DNA of 64,000 bases from Patescibacteria group bacterium (GTDB taxonomy: Bacteria > Patescibacteriota > Minisyncoccia > Minisyncoccales > JAHCRE01). The position numbers and the translations under genes were made by a program. A model generated the notes under the pieces. It saw only the letters and a program-made list of their open reading frames with translations, was not told the DNA's origin and made no database searches. The stretch lies in NCBI GenBank assembly GCA_020148055.1, contig JAHCRF010000001.1:71257-135256 (forward strand). The letters are read 5' to 3'. Positions 36,403 to 46,958 of the stretch are shown in pieces (positions within the stretch are counted from its first letter, which is position 1; every line of letters starts with the position of its first letter).

Positions 36403-37401
36403 ATGGCAAGACAGAAGAAAGAAAAAAAACTTGAAAAAAAGGATTTAGAAGGGGCAATAACCGAAATTAAACAGCGCTTCGGTGAAGGGTCAATCATGAA
36501 ATTAAAAGAAACCCGGCCAGTTGATGTTGATGTAATTCCTACTGGTTCAATTTCTTTAAATCTGGCTTTAGGAGTAGAAGGAATACCTCGGGGTAGAGTG
36601 ATTGAAGTTTTCGGACCAGAGGGAGGAGGAAAAACAACTTTGGCGCTTCATATTTTAGCTGAGGTTCAAAAAAGAGGAGGGGTGGCAGCTTTTGTTGATG
36701 CCGAGCATGCTTTAGATCCTGATTGGGCAAAAAGAATTGGAGTAAACGTCGATGATCTTTTAATTTCTCAACCCGATTCTGGAGAACAGGCATTAGAGAT
36801 CGTTGAGACTTTAGTTAGATCGGGCCAAATTGATGCTATAGTGATCGATTCAGTTGCTGCTTTGACCCCCCAAGCTGAAATTGAAGGCGAGATGGGAGAA
36901 TTTCAGATTGGCCTTCAGGCTCGTTTGATGTCGCAATGTTTACGAAAATTGTCGGGAATTGTTTCTAAAACTAAGACCTCGGTTATCTTTTTGAATCAGA
37001 CCAGGATGAAAATTGGTATTCGCTTTGGAAATCCTGAGACCACTCCTGGGGGTTTAGCTTTAAAATTTTATTCCTCGGTGAGAATTGCTTTAAGAAGAAT
37101 TGCTCAGATAAAACACGGGGAGGAAATTATCGGCAGTCGAATAAAGGCTAAAATTGTCAAAAATAAAGTAGCCGCTCCTTTTAAAACAGCTGAATTTGAT
37201 ATTTATTATAACGAAGGAATTTCTTATCTGGCCGACATTTTAAATACTGGAATTAAGTTAGAAGTTATTAAGAAAGCCGGAAGCTGGTTGAAATATGAGA
37301 ATATAAAATTAGGACAGGGCTTTGAGGCTAGTAAAAAATTCTTGAAAGAGAATCCAAAAATACTAAAGAAAGTAAAAGAAGCGATTGTAAACCAAGTTTA
37401 A
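36403..37401 (+). CDS. recA: recombinase RecA
   Basis: [12 protein letters not shown], the L1/L2 loop region and NQTRMKIG. Confidence 0.97.
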   Translation: MARQKKEKKLEKKDLEGAITEIKQRFGEGSIMKLKETRPVDVDVIPTGSISLNLALGVEGIPRGRVIEVFGPEGGGKTTLALHILAEVQKRGGVAAFVDAEHALDPDWAKRIGVNVDDLLISQPDSGEQALEIVETLVRSGQIDAIVIDSVAALTPQAEIEGEMGEFQIGLQARLMSQCLRKLSGIVSKTKTSVIFLNQTRMKIGIRFGNPETTPGGLALKFYSSVRIALRRIAQIKHGEEIIGSRIKAKIVKNKVAAPFKTAEFDIYYNEGISYLADILNTGIKLEVIKKAGSWLKYENIKLGQGFEASKKFLKENPKILKKVKEAIVNQV

Positions 37402-37510
37402 GAATCACGAATCACGAATTATGAATTATGAATAGAATAAAAACGGTAATTCAAAAACTGCCCCCAAGGGCAGTTTTTTATTCTTGATTCCTAATTCCTT
37501 ATTCTATTTA
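37402..37510. repeat. composite palindrome: 5x7 array (gaatcac gaatcac gaattat gaattat gaataga), terminator core, inverted 5x7 array (ttttatt cttgatt cctaatt ccttatt ctattta)
   Basis: Direct reading. Lies between convergent recA and rpsR. The right arm overlaps the rpsR stop. Confidence 0.8.
37453..37479. terminator. bidirectional intrinsic terminator core (aaaaa-ctgccc-ccaa-gggcag-tttttt)
   Basis: 6-bp GC stem, 4-nt loop, flanking A-run and T-run. Confidence 0.8.
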
Positions 37511-37701
37511 CTAGTATAAGATAACAATCCTAAAGACCTCGCCCTCTTAATCGCTTTGGCCAATTTCCTCTGATGCTTAGAACAAATCCCGGTTCTTTTT
37601 CTTGCCCTAATTTTTCCTAATCCAGAAATGAATTTTCGTAAAAGTTCAGTATCTTTGAAATCAATTTCTTTTATTCCTTTTTTACAAAAATAACAATCCA
37701 T
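37504..37701 (-). CDS. rpsR: 30S ribosomal protein S18
   Basis: 65 aa, [24 protein letters not shown]... Confidence 0.92.
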   Translation of the reverse strand: MDCYFCKKGIKEIDFKDTELLRKFISGLGKIRARKRTGICSKHQRKLAKAIKRARSLGLLSYTSK

Positions 37702-37704
37702 AAT

Positions 37705-37795
37705 CAGTATTTAGTATTTCGTATTAAGTATAAAGTATAAGAAAGAAAACCTCTGAGCTCGAACCTCAGATACTTTATACAGAATACTTGATACT

Positions 37796-37797
<2 letters not shown>
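37705..37797. repeat. composite palindrome of the 'agtatt/atact' family inside the rpsF-ssb-rpsR operon (ssb-rpsR spacer)
   Basis: cagtatt tagtatt tcgtatt aagtata aagtata, then core hairpin tctgag-ctcgaac-ctcaga (37752-37770), then atacttt atacaga atacttg atacttt. Confidence 0.8.
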
Positions 37798-38245
<448 letters not shown>

Positions 38246-38253
38246 TTATAGTA

Positions 38254-38661
38254 TTAGATTTCGCCTAAAATTTCTTCGAGTTTTTCTCCAATCTTTTCTA
38301 ATTCTACTTTTCGTTCCTTTTTTAACTTTTTAACTTTTACTTCAGGCGTGATTTTTGGAATCTCATTTTTTTTAGGCACTCTCTGTACTAAAATCAGGTA
38401 ACGGAGAATTGAGGATTCCTGTTTTAATTTCTTCTCCAAATTTCCCAGTTTTTCAGGTTCAAAATGAAAATCTAAGGTAGCTAAGTAGCCCCTCTCTCTT
38501 TCTTTAATCGGATATTCCAATTTTTTTTCAATTGGATTTTTAGATTTTTCCAATCTCCCCCCATCTTCTTTGACAAAGGAATTTATTTTTTCCTGAAAAA
38601 TTTTTAGTTCCTCTTCTGAAAGATCAGGAGAAAGTAGGTAGGTGAGCTCGTAGAATTTCAT
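38254..38661 (-). CDS. rpsF: 30S ribosomal protein S6 (with Lys/Glu-rich C-terminal extension)
   Basis: Start moved to MKFYELTYLLSP (ATG 38661). Confidence 0.85.
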   Translation of the reverse strand: MKFYELTYLLSPDLSEEELKIFQEKINSFVKEDGGRLEKSKNPIEKKLEYPIKERERGYLATLDFHFEPEKLGNLEKKLKQESSILRYLILVQRVPKKNEIPKITPEVKVKKLKKERKVELEKIGEKLEEILGEI

Positions 38662-38701
38662 AAAAACGATACTAACACGCAAATGATTATCAGCGTCGGG
38701 T

Positions 38702-39757
38702 CTATATCTTAAATTCTATTACCTCTCCGTCCTGGACAACATAATCTCTTCCAACTGTTCTGATCCATCCTTTTTTTTGGGCGCTGGTCCAAGACTCAGC
38801 TTCAATCAATTTCCGCCAATTAATTACTTCTGCCCGAATAAATTTTTTTTCAAAGTCAGAATGGACTTTTCCTCCAGCTCCTGGAGCGCTTATCCCTCTT
38901 TTAATTGTCCAGGCTCGACTTTCTTTCCCAGTGATGGTGAAAAAGGTAATTAAATCTAAGGTATTATAGCAAGCCAAAATTAGTTGGTCAAGAGAAGATT
39001 TAAGATTTAACTCTTTTATTTCCTTAGCTGAAAGTTCGGAGATTTCCTCTTCTAATTTAAGATTAAGTATTAGATATTGAGAACCGACCTTTAATTTTAA
39101 TTCCCCGCCAATTTCTAATTCCTCGGGTTTGTTGATATTAAATAGATAAATTATTGGTTTTTGGCTAAGGAATTGAAGCTCTCTAATTAATAGGTGTTCA
39201 GTTTCTGAGAGAGAAAGGTCAAGAACTCTTTTCCCACTCGAGAGACTTTCTTTAATTTTTTTTAAAAGATTTAATTTCTTAATCTTCTCTTTATCTCTTA
39301 ATTTTTTCTCTTTTTCTGATTTGATTAATATTTTCTCAACTGTCTCCAGATCTTTCATCAAAAGCTCGATTTCAATGATTTCTAGGTCTCTTTTGGGATT
39401 GACATCCTTTTCTAAATGTTCAACTTTCTCGTTTTCAAAAGCCCGAATTACTTCAACTATAGCATCACAATTTCTAATCTGGGCTAAGAATCGGTTTCCT
39501 AACCCTTCACCTTTGTGGGCTCCCTTAACTAAACCGGCAATATCAACAAACTCAATTGTCGTGGGAGTAATTTTTTCAGGTTTAATAACTTTGGTAATTT
39601 TTTCCAATCTTTCATCAGGAACGAAAACTCTACCGATATTAGGATTGATAGTGGTAAATGGATAACTAGCAATCTCAACACTCTTTTTAGTTATGGCTTT
39701 AAATAAAGTTGATTTACCTACATTAGGTAAACCAACAATTCCTACTGAAAAGCTCAT
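38702..39757 (-). CDS. ychF: redox-regulated ATPase YchF/OLA1
   Basis: GIVGLPNVGKSTLF, the TGS-like C-terminus and YVVQDGEVIEFKI. Confidence 0.9.
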   Translation of the reverse strand: MSFSVGIVGLPNVGKSTLFKAITKKSVEIASYPFTTINPNIGRVFVPDERLEKITKVIKPEKITPTTIEFVDIAGLVKGAHKGEGLGNRFLAQIRNCDAIVEVIRAFENEKVEHLEKDVNPKRDLEIIEIELLMKDLETVEKILIKSEKEKKLRDKEKIKKLNLLKKIKESLSSGKRVLDLSLSETEHLLIRELQFLSQKPIIYLFNINKPEELEIGGELKLKVGSQYLILNLKLEEEISELSAKEIKELNLKSSLDQLILACYNTLDLITFFTITGKESRAWTIKRGISAPGAGGKVHSDFEKKFIRAEVINWRKLIEAESWTSAQKKGWIRTVGRDYVVQDGEVIEFKI

Positions 39758-39781
39758 AAACTTATGTTATAATAAATCTGC

Positions 39782-41203
39782 ATGAAAATCAACCCAAATA
39801 TTTTCAGAGCTTATGATATTCGAGGGATTTATCCTGATGATTTGAACGAAATTGTGGTCTCTCAGATCGTTAAGGCTTTTTGTGTTTTTTACCCCAAAGC
39901 GCAAAAAATAGTTCTTTCTCGTGATCCTCGGTTGAGTTCTCCCTCTCTGTATAGGGCAGCGATTAATGCTTTAATTGCGGCTGGCAGAGAAGTAATTGAT
40001 ATTGGTGTAAGTTCTGACCCTCTATTTTATTTCTCAATTTTCCATTATCATTTCGATGGAGGAATAATGATTTCTGGCTCTCACAATCCGAAAGAATACA
40101 ATGGTCTCACCCTCCATATTAGAAAACCTGATAGAGAAATTTCAGAAGATGTCATTGGAAAGGATTTAGAAAAGATAAAGAAAATGGTTACAAAAGGAGA
40201 AAAAATTGATCTACCAGAGGCTTTTGGGCAGCGGGGGAAAATAACCATTCTTGATCCCGCCAGAGATTACATAAATTTCGTAACCGCTCGGATTGAATTG
40301 AAACGGCCTTTAAAAATTATTATTGATTCAGGTAATGGTGCTTGCGGATTTTTACCAGAAAAAGTTTTTAAAAAACTCGGTTGCCAGGTAGAAACCCTTT
40401 ATGGAGACTTTGATGGTAATTTTCCCCATCACCTACCTGATCCTTATCAGGAAAAAAACCTTTTAGATATACAGAAGAGGGTTTTGGAAAAGAAAGCTGA
40501 TTTAGGTCTCGCCTTCGACGCTGATGGTGATAGAGTCGCTCCAATTGATAATCAGGGGCGCAGGATATCTGGTGATTTTTGTCTTTTAATGTTAGCTCGC
40601 CAGATTCTCCAAAAGAAGAGAGGGCCAGTTGTTCACTGCATGAGAGTATCCAAAGCTTTCTTAGATGAGATGGAGAAAGAGGGGATAAAGACTTATTTTT
40701 CTGTTTCTCATCACAATGCGGTGATTGAAAAAATTATTGAAAAGGGAGCTGTTTTTGGAGGTGAGATTACTTATCATTTTTTATTTCCGCTCGATTATTA
40801 TCTTTGCGATGAGGCTATCTTTTCTTCTTTAAAATTAGCTGAAGTTGCTTCTAAAGTTAAGGATTTGGCTAACCACGTTGATAGTTTACCCCGTTACTAC
40901 GCTAGCCCAGAGGTATTTATTGATTCAACTGATGGAGAAAAGTTTAAAATCATTGAAAATTTAGAGAAATATCTCAGAGAAAGAAATTTCGATTTCATTG
41001 ATGTTGATGGAGCCCGAATTAATTTCTCCGGTGGTTGGGCTTTGGCCCGAGCCTCAAATACGGAGCCCAAGATTAAATGCCGTTTTGAAGGGGAGACTAA
41101 AGAAGATTTAATTAGAATTGAGAAAAAGGCTTTGGAAATTTTTAAAAAAGTGGAGATGCCAGTAACAGAAAAGACCTATTTGGAGTTAGGCCTTAAAGAG
41201 TAG
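39782..41203 (+). CDS. phosphomannomutase/phosphoglucomutase (alpha-D-phosphohexomutase family)
   Basis: ISGSHNPKEYNGL active-site Ser loop, the FDADGDR Mg site and RASNTEP. TGtTATAAT ends 8 nt upstream of the ATG. Confidence 0.88.
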   Translation: MKINPNIFRAYDIRGIYPDDLNEIVVSQIVKAFCVFYPKAQKIVLSRDPRLSSPSLYRAAINALIAAGREVIDIGVSSDPLFYFSIFHYHFDGGIMISGSHNPKEYNGLTLHIRKPDREISEDVIGKDLEKIKKMVTKGEKIDLPEAFGQRGKITILDPARDYINFVTARIELKRPLKIIIDSGNGACGFLPEKVFKKLGCQVETLYGDFDGNFPHHLPDPYQEKNLLDIQKRVLEKKADLGLAFDADGDRVAPIDNQGRRISGDFCLLMLARQILQKKRGPVVHCMRVSKAFLDEMEKEGIKTYFSVSHHNAVIEKIIEKGAVFGGEITYHFLFPLDYYLCDEAIFSSLKLAEVASKVKDLANHVDSLPRYYASPEVFIDSTDGEKFKIIENLEKYLRERNFDFIDVDGARINFSGGWALARASNTEPKIKCRFEGETKEDLIRIEKKALEIFKKVEMPVTEKTYLELGLKE

Positions 41204-41223
41204 TTAATGAGTTTTCGCCTTAA

Positions 41224-42201
41224 TTAAATAAGGCCCATTTTTTTTCTGACATCCTGCATCGTTGATTGGGCAATTATTCTTGCTTTTCGTGCTCCTTTGT
41301 GCAAAATTTCTTTAATATAGACTTCTCTTGATAGAAGTTCTTTTCTTTTTCTCCGGAAAGGTTCCAGAGAGTTTATTAAAAGCTTTATCAAGGATTTTTT
41401 AAATTTTTCATATCCTTGGTCTTTAAAATCTCTCTCTAATTCTTTGATAGATTTCTCACTAAAAAGAGAATAAATAGTTAAGAGATTGGAAATTCCCGGT
41501 TTTTTGATAAGATTATATTTTATTTTTCTCCCTGGATCAGTGACAGCAGCCATTATTTTTTTTCTGATTTCAGTGGGTTTGGCAAATAATTCAATGCATC
41601 CTTTAGGGTCATCAGTTTTTGACATTTTTTTTCTTGGGTTTTGTAAGGACATGATTTTTGCTCCCATTTTTGGAAGTAGAACCCTTGGCATCTTAAAGGT
41701 TTTGCCGAATCTTTGGTTAAAGTGCCTAGCAAGAGTTCTTGATAACTCAACATGTTGTTGTTGGTCTTTTCCAACTGGTACGATGTCTGTCTGGTAGATC
41801 AAAATATCAGCTGCCATTAAAACCGGATAATCCAAAAGTCCAGCATTTATATTTTTCTTAAACTGTTTTGATTTTTCTTTATATTGAGTCATTCTAGTTA
41901 GCTCACCAACCGGAGCTATTGTATTTAAGAGCCAAGTGAGTTCAGTGTGTTCTTTAATCTGAGATTGAACAAAAAAAATACATTTTTCGGGGTCTAAACC
42001 AGCTACTAAATAAACAATGGCTAATTTCATAATATTTTTTTCCAGCTCTTTTGGGCTATAAGGAGTAGTTATGGCATGCAAATCCACAATACAAAAAATA
42101 CACTCATTATTTTCTTGGAGCGGAATCCAATTCTTTATAGCTCCCAAATAATTCCCGATATGAATTTCGCCAGTTGGCCGAATGCCACTAAATATCCTCA
42201 T
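41224..42201 (-). CDS. trpS: tryptophanyl-tRNA synthetase
   Basis: SGIRPTGEIHIGNYLGA (HIGH-like) and KMSKT (KMSKS). Confidence 0.93.
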   Translation of the reverse strand: MRIFSGIRPTGEIHIGNYLGAIKNWIPLQENNECIFCIVDLHAITTPYSPKELEKNIMKLAIVYLVAGLDPEKCIFFVQSQIKEHTELTWLLNTIAPVGELTRMTQYKEKSKQFKKNINAGLLDYPVLMAADILIYQTDIVPVGKDQQQHVELSRTLARHFNQRFGKTFKMPRVLLPKMGAKIMSLQNPRKKMSKTDDPKGCIELFAKPTEIRKKIMAAVTDPGRKIKYNLIKKPGISNLLTIYSLFSEKSIKELERDFKDQGYEKFKKSLIKLLINSLEPFRRKRKELLSREVYIKEILHKGARKARIIAQSTMQDVRKKMGLI

Positions 42202-43916
42202 ACTTCTATTAGCACCGGAAGAATGATTGGACGTCGTTGAGTTTTAGTATATAAGAATTGGCCGATTTTATTTCTTATTTCATCTTTGACATAAGTCCAA
42301 TTAACTGCTCCTCCTGAGCCCGCAGTTCTATTTACAATACTGATTACTTTTTTCCTTGTATTTTTTAGTAATTCTTTTGATTCTCTAAGATAAACAAACC
42401 CTCTTGATATTATATCAGGCGAACCTTTAACTTTACCAGTCTGGCGATCTATTACTGCCACAATAACAAACATCCCATCTCGAGCCAGCATCTGGCGGTC
42501 TCTTAAAACCACTGCGCCAACGTCGCCAATACCTAAACCGTCAACCATGACATAACTTGAAGAAACCCTTGTTTTCTCAATAAAAATTTTTTTCTGAGTT
42601 AGGTTAATAACTTGACCATTCTCAGCCACTACCACATTTTTTTTAGGCACCCCTAAATCCTTAGCCAGTTCTCCATGGGAAACTAACATTGAATATTGGC
42701 CATGGATCGGTAAAAAGAATTTGGGTTTCATAATTTTTATCATTTCTTTTAGCTCCTCTTTCTGAGCATGACCACCGGCGTGAATATCCATCATTTTGTA
42801 GTGGAAAACCCTTGCCTTTTGTCTTAAAATGTCATCTTTCAAAATTTGGACCGTTCTCTCATTTCCAGGAATAACCGAGGAGGAAAGCACAACGGTGTCT
42901 CCTTCTTTAAAACGAATAAAGGGATGTTCTCTATTTGTAATTCTCATTAAGATAGCTGATCCCTCCCCTTGGGCACCGGTACAGAGAATAGTTATTTTTG
43001 AATTTGGATAATTTTCAACATCTTTTGCCCTAATAATCATTCCTTTTTTAAATTTGATATATCCTAAAATCTTTGAGATTTCAACATTAGTTTTCATCGA
43101 ATAACCTTCAATTACCACTTTCCTTTTGAATTTTTGTGATAAACTAATGATTTGCTGAATCCTATTTATTAAGGAGGCGAAAGTAGCGGCGATAATTCTA
43201 CCTTTCGCCTTTTTAAATATTTCTTCTAAATTTTGCAAAATTTCTCTTTCTGAAAGAGAGTGACCGATTTCTTCAGCTCCAGTGGAATCTGATATTAAAA
43301 GTAAAATTTTTCTTTTGGAAAAATTTCGAAGTTTCTGGAAATTGGTTGGTAAGTCGTTTATCGGAGTAGGATCAAACTTAAAATCAGAGGTATGCAAAAT
43401 ATTGCCGATTGGTGTTTCAATAAAAAGCCCCAGATTATCAGGAATGTTGTGATTGATACGAAAGAACTCAATTCTAAAAGGTCCTAGCTTAATTTTTGAA
43501 CCGTCTCTAACTTCATTAATTTGTAGTTTTGGTAGGTTCGGGAAATCTCCCTGTCTTTTTAGAATAATACCCCGAGTTAGAGGAGAGGCAAACATTTTCG
43601 GATTTTTTAATTTTTCAATCAGGTAAGGAATAGCCCCAATATGATCATAATGGCCATGGGTAAAGACTACGCCCAAAATATCTTTTTCTTTGCCCTTAAG
43701 GTAGTTGATATTGGGAATGATAAAATCTATCCCCGGCATATTCTCTTCAGGCAATCTAAAACCCATATCAATAATTAAAATCTTCTTTTTATATTTCGAG
43801 TGGGAACGAGAAATATCCCTAGAGGTATACTCAAGAAGCATCATATTTCGGCCAACCTCGCCTAAGCCTCCTAAAGGAATAACGCGTAAATTCTGCTGCT
43901 TTTTTGTTTTAGCCAT
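42198..43916 (-). CDS. rnj: ribonuclease J (metallo-beta-lactamase / beta-CASP)
   Basis: FTHGHYDHIGA motif and beta-CASP region, 572 aa. Has a 4-nt overlap with trpS. Confidence 0.9.
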   Translation of the reverse strand: MAKTKKQQNLRVIPLGGLGEVGRNMMLLEYTSRDISRSHSKYKKKILIIDMGFRLPEENMPGIDFIIPNINYLKGKEKDILGVVFTHGHYDHIGAIPYLIEKLKNPKMFASPLTRGIILKRQGDFPNLPKLQINEVRDGSKIKLGPFRIEFFRINHNIPDNLGLFIETPIGNILHTSDFKFDPTPINDLPTNFQKLRNFSKRKILLLISDSTGAEEIGHSLSEREILQNLEEIFKKAKGRIIAATFASLINRIQQIISLSQKFKRKVVIEGYSMKTNVEISKILGYIKFKKGMIIRAKDVENYPNSKITILCTGAQGEGSAILMRITNREHPFIRFKEGDTVVLSSSVIPGNERTVQILKDDILRQKARVFHYKMMDIHAGGHAQKEELKEMIKIMKPKFFLPIHGQYSMLVSHGELAKDLGVPKKNVVVAENGQVINLTQKKIFIEKTRVSSSYVMVDGLGIGDVGAVVLRDRQMLARDGMFVIVAVIDRQTGKVKGSPDIISRGFVYLRESKELLKNTRKKVISIVNRTAGSGGAVNWTYVKDEIRNKIGQFLYTKTQRRPIILPVLIEV

Positions 43917-43921
43917 GTTTT

Positions 43922-44010
43922 AAGTATTAGGTATTAAGTATAAAGTATCTAGTATTAAAAAAATAAAATTTAAAAATACTAAGCACTTAATACTAGATGC
44001 GAGATGCGTA
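43922..44010. repeat. composite palindrome, 'agtatt' family: 5x7 array, 19-nt A-rich core, inverted 5x7 array
   Basis: aagtatt aggtatt aagtata aagtatc tagtatt / atactaa gcactta atactag atgcgag atgcgta. Lies between the rnj start and tRNA-Leu. Confidence 0.8.
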
Positions 44011-44013
44011 ACT

Positions 44014-44102
44014 TGGTGCGGACGGAGAGAATCGAACTCTCACGGGGAAATCTCCCCCGATGATCCTGAATCATCGGCGTCTACCGGTTCCGCCACGTCC
44101 GC
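44014..44102 (-). tRNA. tRNA-Leu (anticodon CAG), long variable arm, CCA encoded
   Basis: Acceptor gcggacg/cgtccgc, anticodon loop uuCAGga, T-loop ttcgatt, 3' ACCA. Confidence 0.85.
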
Positions 44103-44694
44103 CTTTTAAAAAATCTAAATTTTTTGGCATTGATTTAAAAGGTTTTTCAAAACGAAGCTTTGGAACTTTAGTATAATTTTTGTTTTTCATCCAACCGGAT
44201 TGAGTATAAAAATAGCAAGCGCCTCCCATTTTTTCTATATCCCTATAAATATTTTTGGTTTTTTCTGAAACCCAGTTTCCTGTTTTTAGTACCCTTTTAG
44301 AGGGATTGATGGTAATTACTGCATAATCCGGAGGCACAACAACCCAATTTCCTGGTTTAGCTGTTGTTATTATAACATCTTTAACAATTTCGCCTTGAAC
44401 TTTTTGCATTAAAAAAATTGCTTCTCCCTTCAAAACAGTATAGAGCTCTTGATAACCTTCTGAATTACGGTTGCCTTTGGTTCTAACAAATTCTTTTCCT
44501 AACATCCTCGCAGGGATAACCGTGATATCATACCTTAAACCGTCTTTTTTTTTGATGCCTCGATACATATAATAAAGCTCCAAATTAGGGGCTGTTTTAA
44601 GCCATTCTTGATCATAAATAACCTTTCGCATATCGTTCAAACAGCGAATATCAGGCTTTCTGTTCTCTATTTCTTGTTTCTTGTTTTTTAACAT
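44071..44694 (-). CDS. cupin-fold protein homologous to archaeal-type glucose-6-phosphate isomerase (metal ligands apparently not conserved)
   Basis: GKEFVRTKGNRNSEGYQELYTVLKGEAIFLMQ aligns from memory with the Pyrococcus cPGI GKEFFFTKGHFHAKLDRAEVYVALKGKGGMLLQ. Start set at the TAATG overlap (44694). The 3' end overlaps the tRNA-Leu gene by about 32 nt. Confidence 0.6.
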   Translation of the reverse strand: MLKNKKQEIENRKPDIRCLNDMRKVIYDQEWLKTAPNLELYYMYRGIKKKDGLRYDITVIPARMLGKEFVRTKGNRNSEGYQELYTVLKGEAIFLMQKVQGEIVKDVIITTAKPGNWVVVPPDYAVITINPSKRVLKTGNWVSEKTKNIYRDIEKMGGACYFYTQSGWMKNKNYTKVPKLRFEKPFKSMPKNLDFLKGGRGGTGRRR

Positions 44695-46700
44695 TATTTC
44701 CAGACCCTTCGGGTTTTGATATACCAATTTTCAATTCCGGAAAATCTTTTGGAAGGATCAACGATTATTTTTGTTTCAATTCCTTTAACTTCTTTAGAGA
44801 CAAAATAAAGATAATTTGGATTACAAAGAAAAACTACTGGAGCATCAGCAATTAAAATATTCTGAAATTCTTCATAAATTTTAGCCCTTTCTTCAAAATT
44901 CTGCATTTTTCTTCCATCTTCGAGTAATTTGTCAACAGCTTTATTCTCGTATAAAGCCAAGTTTAATCCTGGATTTCTTTTTTGTAAAGAATGCCAGAAA
45001 GGAAAAGGGTCAGGGATTGAACCCAAGACTTGGCCAAATAAAAGGCTTTCGTAGTCTCTTGGCTTGATGACTTCTCTTTCCAGAGTTGAAATATCAAAGG
45101 TCTTAATTTCAATCTCAGCCCCTAAAACTTGCCATTGTTCTTTTAAGAGATTGGCAATTTCGATTAAAAATGATTGATCAACAGTAACCAAAGAAAAGGA
45201 AAGGGGTAAAATTTCAACCGGTTTCTCGAAACAGATCTCATTTAATTTAGCCCGAGTAGTTTTTCTCACCAAGCCCGTTCCCTTTTTAAATCCCCAGGGT
45301 TCTAAAATGTCTTTTGCATATTTCTCCTGGAATCTGATTACCGCCTCTTTTGTTAAATTTCCAAAGAAACCTGTAACTTTACCCTCGGGATAAATTTCTG
45401 GATCTTTGGCTAGGCATTTTTGGAGCTCTTCGACTTCTTTCCCTTGTGAATTTAACTTTAGATCACTTTTGAACTGAAATTCAGCCTCTTTTTTAATAGT
45501 CTTTTCCCTTTTGCCTATTTCTTTCTCTTTAAAATCAGCTCTGTCTAAAATTTCCTTAGCTTTCTCTAAATCAAATTGATAAATTTTAATTGGAGGTGAA
45601 AAATCATAAATGGTTGGTAAAATTGGAGAGTCAACGATTTCTCCTTGATTAGCCAGAACTTTTTCTAAAATTTCCTTTTTGTTAGTTCCATAATTTAAGG
45701 CCTCTCTAACTTCTTTTTCTGCCAGAACCTTGGATTTTTCTGGATTAAAAAATAGAGCAAAATATCTTGGCAAAGAAAGAGAATAATTACAAAACTCATT
45801 TTCTTTCAAAAATTTATAATATTCTGGATCAAGAATTGAAAAACCTTGGATTTCTTTTTCTTGAAAGGCCCAAATTAAATCCTCTTCTTTTTCAAAAAAT
45901 TTAAAGGAAATTTTAGATATATTAGGTTTTTTTCCAAAATAATCAGGATTGGCAATCAAGGTTAAAGAAGTTATTGAACCTGATTCATTTTTTTCCAATT
46001 CTTTAAATTGATAAGGACCTGATCCAATAGGTTTGAGATTATAGTCTGATAGACGAAAATTGGCAGCCGATATATTTTCCCAGATATGCTTTGGTAAGAT
46101 TTTTAAGGTTAGATTTTCCAGGAAAGGGGAGTAGGGATTCTTTAGTTTAAAACGAATTCCCAAATCAGAGATTTTTTCTATTTCCACTCCTAACCAGTTT
46201 ATTCTGAGAGGACTATTATATTCCGGATCTTGAATGATTTTAATAGTAAAAATTACATCATCAGCTGTTAATTTATTTCCATCGTGCCAAAAAATATTTT
46301 TTTTTAGATTGCATTCGTAAGTTTTTCCTGCTTCTTGAATTTGACAATTAGCCAAATCTGGGACAATTCCCCCTTTTTCGTTATATTGCATCAATCCGGA
46401 AAACAAGATCTCGGTTAAATCCTGATCAATATCCCTCAAAGGGGCATAAATAGGATTAATAAATCGAGGAAAATCAGTCTCACTCAATACTAATATTCCT
46501 TCTACGAAAATTCCTCCCAACGCTGGTTTAATTTCCGTATTTTTAAAATAAAAATTGGCAGATAGAAAAATAAAAGAACTCAAAGCTAAAGACAAAAAAA
46601 TAAAAAACAAAACTTTCTCTTTTTTGCTTAAAACCTTTAAAAATTGCCTCCATTGGTTTTTGGAAGGCCATTTTTTAATTCCCAAATTAAAGAGAGACAT
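44694..46700 (-). CDS. family-5 (peptide/nickel-type) ABC substrate-binding protein with an inserted peptidoglycan-binding domain
   Basis: SBP_bac_5-like N and C regions. The internal segment GKEVEELQKCLAKDPEIYPEGKVTGFFGNLTKEAVIRFQEKY matches the PG_binding_1 pattern. Start moved to MSLFNLG (46700). Confidence 0.7.
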   Translation of the reverse strand: MSLFNLGIKKWPSKNQWRQFLKVLSKKEKVLFFIFLSLALSSFIFLSANFYFKNTEIKPALGGIFVEGILVLSETDFPRFINPIYAPLRDIDQDLTEILFSGLMQYNEKGGIVPDLANCQIQEAGKTYECNLKKNIFWHDGNKLTADDVIFTIKIIQDPEYNSPLRINWLGVEIEKISDLGIRFKLKNPYSPFLENLTLKILPKHIWENISAANFRLSDYNLKPIGSGPYQFKELEKNESGSITSLTLIANPDYFGKKPNISKISFKFFEKEEDLIWAFQEKEIQGFSILDPEYYKFLKENEFCNYSLSLPRYFALFFNPEKSKVLAEKEVREALNYGTNKKEILEKVLANQGEIVDSPILPTIYDFSPPIKIYQFDLEKAKEILDRADFKEKEIGKREKTIKKEAEFQFKSDLKLNSQGKEVEELQKCLAKDPEIYPEGKVTGFFGNLTKEAVIRFQEKYAKDILEPWGFKKGTGLVRKTTRAKLNEICFEKPVEILPLSFSLVTVDQSFLIEIANLLKEQWQVLGAEIEIKTFDISTLEREVIKPRDYESLLFGQVLGSIPDPFPFWHSLQKRNPGLNLALYENKAVDKLLEDGRKMQNFEERAKIYEEFQNILIADAPVVFLCNPNYLYFVSKEVKGIETKIIVDPSKRFSGIENWYIKTRRVWK

Positions 46701-46705
46701 TGTAA

Positions 46706-46921
46706 TTAAAAAATCAAATTGAGGATGGCCAGAAGAATAAAAAGAATTCCAAAAATTATTGTTGCCCAAAAAACTTTTTTTTCAATTCCTCGCCGGGTAG
46801 CATAAAAACCACTGGTTCCGCCAAAAATTGAACCTAAAGCCCCTCCTCTTTGTTGTAAAAGAATGAACAAAATTAAAAAGATAGCAATAATAATTTGAGC
46901 AAAAGGTAAAAATGTTTTCAT
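46706..46921 (-). CDS. secG: preprotein translocase subunit SecG
   Basis: 71 aa, two TMs, LLQQRGGALGSIFGG motif. Confidence 0.8.
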   Translation of the reverse strand: MKTFLPFAQIIIAIFLILFILLQQRGGALGSIFGGTSGFYATRRGIEKKVFWATIIFGILFILLAILNLIF

Positions 46922-46958
46922 TGAAATTTTATTCGACCGGAGACCTTCTAACCCTAGG

